This document shows, one piece after another, positions 57,772-64,000 of a stretch of DNA of 64,000 nucleotides; within the stretch, counting starts at the first letter, position 1, and every line of letters starts with the position of its first letter. The position numbers and the translations under genes are program-made. Where the stretch lies: the IMG/VR virus record IMGVR_UViG_3300017912_002752. One strand, 5' to 3'. Under the pieces are notes generated by a model. The model saw only the letters and a program-made list of their open reading frames with translations, was not told where the DNA came from and made no database searches. Source of the DNA: a virus. Lineage: Duplodnaviria; Caudoviricetes.

Positions 57772-57811
57772 TAAGTGGTAAAAAGTGGTAAAAAAGGGGA
57801 GAAAAGTGTGG
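57772..57811 (+). repeat. Roughly 10-bp-period AAGTGG repeats (MraZ-box-like)
   Basis: taagtggtaa aaagtggtaa aaaaggggag aaaagtgtgg. Confidence 0.5.
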
Positions 57812-57983
57812 TTATTTGTCTAACCAATGAAACCATCGGTTCATAATGAACCAAAAAAGGACCATAATAAGGATTATCTTTATGATTAACATATACGCTA
57901 AATAAATATCGTCTGAGAACTTGTTTCGATGACTTATATGGGGTTATTTTAGGCCTGTTAAATTTCGTGGGTAATTAAGGACT

Positions 57984-58199
57984 CTACCCTACGATTATTG
58001 TCTTACCTTGATTCCAGCTCGTCATATGGTATCGGAAGTCGTGTAAGTCTAAGAACTCGTGAACTATCCTACGCATTTCAGCTGAATTACCATGAATGAT
58101 TTGTGTGTCAAGATAAGGTTTGTCGTACCCTAAAAGGTTTTGCTCTAAAATAATTTCAGCGTCCTTATGTCTTACTCCATGTAGGTCAATTATCTTCAT
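57984..58199 (-). CDS. Stand-alone Smr/MutS2-domain protein
   Basis: IDLHGV...A, IIHG, NQGKTII. Confidence 0.75.
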   Translation of the reverse strand: MKIIDLHGVRHKDAEIILEQNLLGYDKPYLDTQIIHGNSAEMRRIVHEFLDLHDFRYHMTSWNQGKTIIVG

Positions 58200-58410
58200 A
58201 GTAGTATTTCTCTCGTTTATGAGGCAGATTACTTAGGTGAAGGAGTTGACCTTGTAGTATGTCTATATGTCTATCGTAATCTTTATCTTTAATTGTGTAC
58301 ACCTCACCGAAATTGTCTTTTATTTCTATAAAGTCCTCACCAAAGTAAACGGCAGTTATTTTCTGCTGTTTCTGGGCGTTCCTGGATGCAATTTTATTTA
58401 TATCTTCCAT
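58186..58410 (-). CDS. Hypothetical protein
   Basis: ORF track. Confidence 0.5.
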   Translation of the reverse strand: MEDINKIASRNAQKQQKITAVYFGEDFIEIKDNFGEVYTIKDKDYDRHIDILQGQLLHLSNLPHKREKYYYEDN

Positions 58411-58552
58411 AACCTCATCTATTGCCTTTTATATCGTTTTGAGAGTCACCCCAACCTTTCAACGCCCTCATTCGGCGCTTGTAGAAAACATTTTGGGTTT
58501 ATCTCAAAATTTTTCTTCGACACACGACATCGTCCCATCTCATAAGGTCGAG

Positions 58553-58741
58553 TTAGTTGTCGTTTCTTGATTGTAGCTCATCTAAGATTTCTTCTTCTGT
58601 TATATCGAGGTCCATAACAAATGGTTTCTCACATAGGTCAATCATTCGCCATTTTAACTCGTCTTGAGAATCTACGATTGACTGAGATGTTTTACGAACT
58701 TTGTTTCCTACTGATTTTAATACTTCTTTAAATGTTTTCAC
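58553..58741 (-). CDS. Hypothetical protein
   Basis: ORF track. Confidence 0.5.
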   Translation of the reverse strand: MKTFKEVLKSVGNKVRKTSQSIVDSQDELKWRMIDLCEKPFVMDLDITEEEILDELQSRNDN

Positions 58742-59148
58742 TCTACTTCCTTTATGAATATTTGATAACTTCCTTTTATTATATATAGTACTTTTTTACT
58801 TATTGAAGTAAGGTCGTAATCATTTATCTCATTAAAGGTAATCCATCTCACTTTCTGATGGACATTGAGCTTTGGTTTTCCACTCTCATATTTGATTATA
58901 TATGGATAAACCATCACACCATCAATCTCTCTTTCGGGTATGTTATAATAGGGAAATATCTCTATATCTAACTCCTCTTTCCATTCTCTTTTGATTGCGT
59001 CATAATCAGATTCACCTTCCTCGATTTTTCCACCAGGAAGTTCCCATTGGTTGGGACATATACTATCTGATTCTAATCTCTGACCTATAAGGACTTTATC
59101 CTCGTCCAATAAAGCCCCACAAACTATCTTCATCTTGTTCCCCATCAT
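58738..59148 (-). CDS. Nudix hydrolase (MutT-like)
   Basis: WELPGGKIEEGESDYDAIKREWKEELDI Nudix box. Confidence 0.9.
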   Translation of the reverse strand: MMGNKMKIVCGALLDEDKVLIGQRLESDSICPNQWELPGGKIEEGESDYDAIKREWKEELDIEIFPYYNIPEREIDGVMVYPYIIKYESGKPKLNVHQKVRWITFNEINDYDLTSISKKVLYIIKGSYQIFIKEVE

Positions 59149-59290
59149 CTTGGATTATTCCAAGGTCTTTGTAGTTAATCGGAATATCATATTTCTTAGA
59201 CATAAGAATCATCATTTCCGTTGCTTTTATCATTTTCTCTGGATGTCTATTCCAAAGTATTTGATGCATTAATGTTGAGTCAAAACTCAT
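59096..59290 (-). CDS. Hypothetical protein
   Basis: ORF track. Confidence 0.4.
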   Translation of the reverse strand: MSFDSTLMHQILWNRHPEKMIKATEMMILMSKKYDIPINYKDLGIIQDDGEQDEDSLWGFIGRG

Positions 59291-59907
59291 CGTATATTCG
59301 GTATCTGAAAATCAGACCAATCTCTACCCTTTAAATTTACATTATCGAAGTAGAATGTCCACTCATGTTCACCTGCCCATATTTGTTTTGTGAATCCACT
59401 CGGTATAAGTGCTCCACCTTCTACATATTCGGGTTCATTATCAAAGTGTACTATCACATTCACTTTCACCTCTTCAAATACCTTGGATAAGTCTCGTTCA
59501 AATCTTTCGAGTTCTTTCCATGGTCCTCTGTTTAGTGATTCGTGTTGAAGTGCACAATTCAGATAATTAAATGTTTCTCTGAGTGTTTCTTTGTCAAAAC
59601 AATTAAATGCTGCTGCGGGTGCCATATGACCCTTGTCATATACATTTGCTTTGTAGTCATCATTGTCTGAAGTCTTATATCCCTTTGGTTTCCAAAAGTC
59701 CATTCCACTTCTACTGATTTCACCCGTTGGACACATTATCTTGTATGTTACTTGAAGTGGTTGTTCATATTCTTCACTATAAACAACATCATATAGTTCA
59801 CCATCGTAATTTACAACTTGTGCAGATACACTCAATGTACCTACTAACATAAAGAAGATTATGGCGAATACCATAAAGTAATCTATTAAATCGAATTTAT
59901 CTTTCAT
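59287..59907 (-). CDS. Secreted DNA/RNA non-specific endonuclease (NucA/EndoG family)
   Basis: Signal peptide; YDKGHMAPA, TF.Y.N...Q...LNRG.W..LE. Confidence 0.88.
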   Translation of the reverse strand: MKDKFDLIDYFMVFAIIFFMLVGTLSVSAQVVNYDGELYDVVYSEEYEQPLQVTYKIMCPTGEISRSGMDFWKPKGYKTSDNDDYKANVYDKGHMAPAAAFNCFDKETLRETFNYLNCALQHESLNRGPWKELERFERDLSKVFEEVKVNVIVHFDNEPEYVEGGALIPSGFTKQIWAGEHEWTFYFDNVNLKGRDWSDFQIPNIR

Positions 59908-60057
59908 TTTCTTGCCAATACCTTATACTTAAGTGGTGGTCTGTTTCTCTGATATTGTTCCATGGTCCACCTAAGTCTGTCTGTTTTTACCATGAAAATA
60001 TTGTCCTCACCCTGCTCTGAGTCAATGTACTTGATTTGTATCTTGTAAGTTTTAAAT

Positions 60058-60534
60058 TTAGCCATCCATTTCTAATTTTCGTTCAAAATAATCCGCAGAA
60101 TCTTTTATCTCTGGATTCTGTCTTATTGTTTGCATAGCAATCATGTCTTTCATCTTAGTCGTTGACCAACCATGTGCTCTTGTTGTATAAACAACTTTTG
60201 GTGGTAAGTCATCACCTGTGAAAGGTTTTCCAATGTAATCCTCACCTAAGATTCTTACATCGGGTTTGAAAAACTTAATCAAATCGTAAAGTTCTTCTTC
60301 TGTCTGATATACATATACTTCATCGATATATTGGATTGCCATCAATGTACGATATCTTTCGTATAATGGTATAACAGGTTTATATTTAGATTTTCTGTGT
60401 AGACTTGGGTCTCTCTGAAGAAATACTATAAAGTGGTCACAATGTCTCTTTGCCTCTTGGAATGTGTAAATATACCCAGGATGAATCAAATCAAAGTTTC
60501 CTGCAGTAAATCCAACTATTTTATTTTTTTTCAC
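60058..60534 (-). CDS. Cytidylyltransferase (TagD-like)
   Basis: FTAGNFDLIHPGY, KPV....ER, IDEV, LGEDY.GK.FTG, R.HGWSTT. Confidence 0.85.
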   Translation of the reverse strand: MKKNKIVGFTAGNFDLIHPGYIYTFQEAKRHCDHFIVFLQRDPSLHRKSKYKPVIPLYERYRTLMAIQYIDEVYVYQTEEELYDLIKFFKPDVRILGEDYIGKPFTGDDLPPKVVYTTRAHGWSTTKMKDMIAMQTIRQNPEIKDSADYFERKLEMDG

Positions 60535-61179
60535 TTTTACCTTTTAATAATTTCTTTGTCTGTTTCCTTAAATCAGGTGGAAGGTCCACATTTCTAACTT
60601 TTAATTTGGTCTCTTCCTCAACTCGTTGTACACAAAATTGTCTTTGACTTTTATTTCCATTTCCCCATAACCAACCGATTGTATCTTTGATTCTGTTGAT
60701 TTCATTTTCGAGTTGTCTTAAGTTTCTGGTCAACAAGATTTCATCATTCTTATCCATATTATAGTCAACCTCATATTCTGCTGCTAACTCTAACATTTTT
60801 CCCAAATCTTGTTTTTCATACGCTTCTTTAACTGATTGAAACTCTTGATGTTTCCCACCTAATTTATCTGGATGGGTTTTAGCCGCGAGTCTCTTATATA
60901 GATTCTTGACCTTTTTCGGAGCGTCCCTAAGTAGTTCCCTCTGTTCGTCAAGTTTCCGTTGTTGTTTTTCTCTCTCTTTCTTTGCATTCTCAAAGTGTGT
61001 TGTTGGGTTTTCGAATTCTTTCTGATTCTTTGTATTTTCTATCTTTGCTGCTTTTTTATAGTATTTATCAAAATATTTGTCAAAATCAGTTGTGTATTTT
61101 TCAAAGTCGTCTCTTACATCTTCCAACTCTAATTTCAAATACTCATACTTTAACTTTAATATCTTGAGTTTTCTATCCA

Positions 61180-61180
<1 letters not shown>
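60521..61180 (-). CDS. Coiled-coil J-domain protein (DnaJ-like co-chaperone)
   Basis: VKNLYKRLAAKTHPDK....F..V.EAYE. Confidence 0.8.
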
Positions 61181-62781
<1,601 letters not shown>

Positions 62782-63390
62782 TTATTTACCTTTTTTTTGT
62801 TTTTCTCTTGCTTGTTTAATTTGTTCTGCTCTCCATTGAGGTTGTTTTCCACGGATGTTTCCACGGAGATTATGGAAACAATTGTAACACAAGAATCTGA
62901 TATTGTCCCTTTTATGATTGGTCCAATCATCATCCATATGGTCAAGAATCAAAGGTATAGTTCCATCTGTAACCCTTTTTTCATTGTAACCACAATTGTG
63001 ACATTCATGCGGAAAATTTAATTCTTCTTTATGTGAATTGTTAATTAATCTTTTCTTTAGTAAAAAAACAGGATATTTAGGATGTTTACCATCTAATATG
63101 TCATTCAATGCGTATTTACCTTGAGTTACATTATATGGTTTCTTTACACCCTTACCCCTCTGATTCTTATGTAAGTCCCAAAGAGTTTTTCCTGTTTCTT
63201 CGTCTTTATATAATTTAGAATATTTTTGATATGTAGTCAACGACACATTTAAGAATCTTGCTGCGCCTGAGTTTGACTTTGAGTTCTTCATCGCATACCG
63301 AATCTGACTCTCTGTTAGGTTCAAGGGAGTTCGTCCCTTTCCTAAAACATAACCATTCGGTAATTTAAAACCCTTTTTCATATCTTTCAT
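62782..63390 (-). CDS. HNH endonuclease with N-terminal HTH-like segment
   Basis: AARFLNVS..T; CHNCG, LDHMD.D..N...N.RFLCYNC. Confidence 0.8.
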   Translation of the reverse strand: MKDMKKGFKLPNGYVLGKGRTPLNLTESQIRYAMKNSKSNSGAARFLNVSLTTYQKYSKLYKDEETGKTLWDLHKNQRGKGVKKPYNVTQGKYALNDILDGKHPKYPVFLLKKRLINNSHKEELNFPHECHNCGYNEKRVTDGTIPLILDHMDDDWTNHKRDNIRFLCYNCFHNLRGNIRGKQPQWRAEQIKQAREKQKKGK

Positions 63391-63407
63391 TTATATATAA
63401 ATATGGT

Positions 63408-63626
63408 CTACCCATATTTTTGTACTATACTTTCCAAAAATTGGAATTCTCTGTAACTTAAGGTCATCCTCTTTTTCTCTATCTTCTGCCTTAAATCATA
63501 CAATTTCTTTTTATCTTTATATTGGAAAATACCTTTTATGTGTTTTGGATTAGAATATAAAATTTCTTCTGCACTCCTCACATAATTAAAGTGTCGCCAA
63601 AGCTCTTTTTCTATTATCATTTCCAT
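63408..63626 (-). CDS. Hypothetical protein
   Basis: ORF track. Confidence 0.5.
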   Translation of the reverse strand: MEMIIEKELWRHFNYVRSAEEILYSNPKHIKGIFQYKDKKKLYDLRQKIEKKRMTLSYREFQFLESIVQKYG

Positions 63627-63961
63627 AATACCTGAACACCTAATAATAGAGTAGCTAATACTAATGATACTGCGACCTTTGGAGTGATTCCTTCATTGAA
63701 GAACTTTGCAACCATGACTGCGTACACAACCATACCCACACCAAATCCTAAGAATCTTGCAGGCCATAACAATCCATCAAAACCTTCTACTGCGTATTTA
63801 GTTCCCCATATATAAAAGTATGATATTGGTATACCAAATAATGCCAGTAGAAAAGTATTCTCTTTAAACCATTCCCACTTGAATTGTCCATTTAGTTGAA
63901 AGAACACTGCGATGTGTCCTACCAAAAACCAAAATAAACCCAACAACACATACCTATTCAT
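63617..63961 (-). CDS. Small four-TM membrane protein (DMT/SMR-like)
   Basis: Four hydrophobic helices; F.E.IT.K before the last helix. Confidence 0.6.
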   Translation of the reverse strand: MNRYVLLGLFWFLVGHIAVFFQLNGQFKWEWFKENTFLLALFGIPISYFYIWGTKYAVEGFDGLLWPARFLGFGVGMVVYAVMVAKFFNEGITPKVAVSLVLATLLLGVQVLWK

Positions 63962-64000
63962 TATCCGTTGATTTTCATTAGTATTTCTTGCTCTCTGTAT

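Overview
A 64-kb, AT-rich segment of a large tailed dsDNA phage, probably a jumbo myovirus. The host is most likely Bacteroidota/Flavobacteriia, judged from TTTG..TAnnTTTR-type promoters, A-rich translation starts mostly without Shine-Dalgarno, a DUF4494 gene and a Bacteroidota-style lipoprotein. Essentially all real genes are on the minus strand; the plus-strand ORFs in the track look like antisense shadows. 1-10.6 kb: one giant tail-fibre/adhesin gene (>3,500 aa, runs off the left edge, absent from the ORF track) with five ~240-aa repeats, collagen-like linkers and a 138-aa intein/Hint domain. 10.6-15.2 kb: fused Mre11-Rad50 (SbcD-SbcC), primase and a T7 endonuclease I-type resolvase. 15.2-30.5 kb: baseplate/tail module (gp6-, gp25- and spike-like). 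30.5-64 kb: gp55-like sigma factor and an accessory region with HD hydrolase, ClpP, UvsE, Hsp20, MoxR/VWA, APS kinase, three HxGH nucleotidyltransferases, GT25, methyltransferase, ThyA, MgsA, Nudix, Smr, J-domain protein, GroEL and HNH genes, plus five canonical tRNAs. The most unusual signals are non-coding. (i) Several tRNA-mimic or structured RNAs lie in or near the tRNA clusters: a non-canonical tRNA-Gly-like cloverleaf, a 148-nt RNA with tRNA acceptor and T-arm around a multi-hairpin core, a 58-nt mini RNA and an SRP-S-domain-like hairpin. (ii) A ~1-kb gene-free region holds a promoter-driven GC-rich structured element and an array of host-regulator-like sites (DnaA boxes, MraZ-like repeats, TGACA-N3-TGTCA palindromes). 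(iii) A seven-copy 57-bp promoter carries tandem TTAACA boxes. All calls come from reading motifs by eye; no database searches were run.
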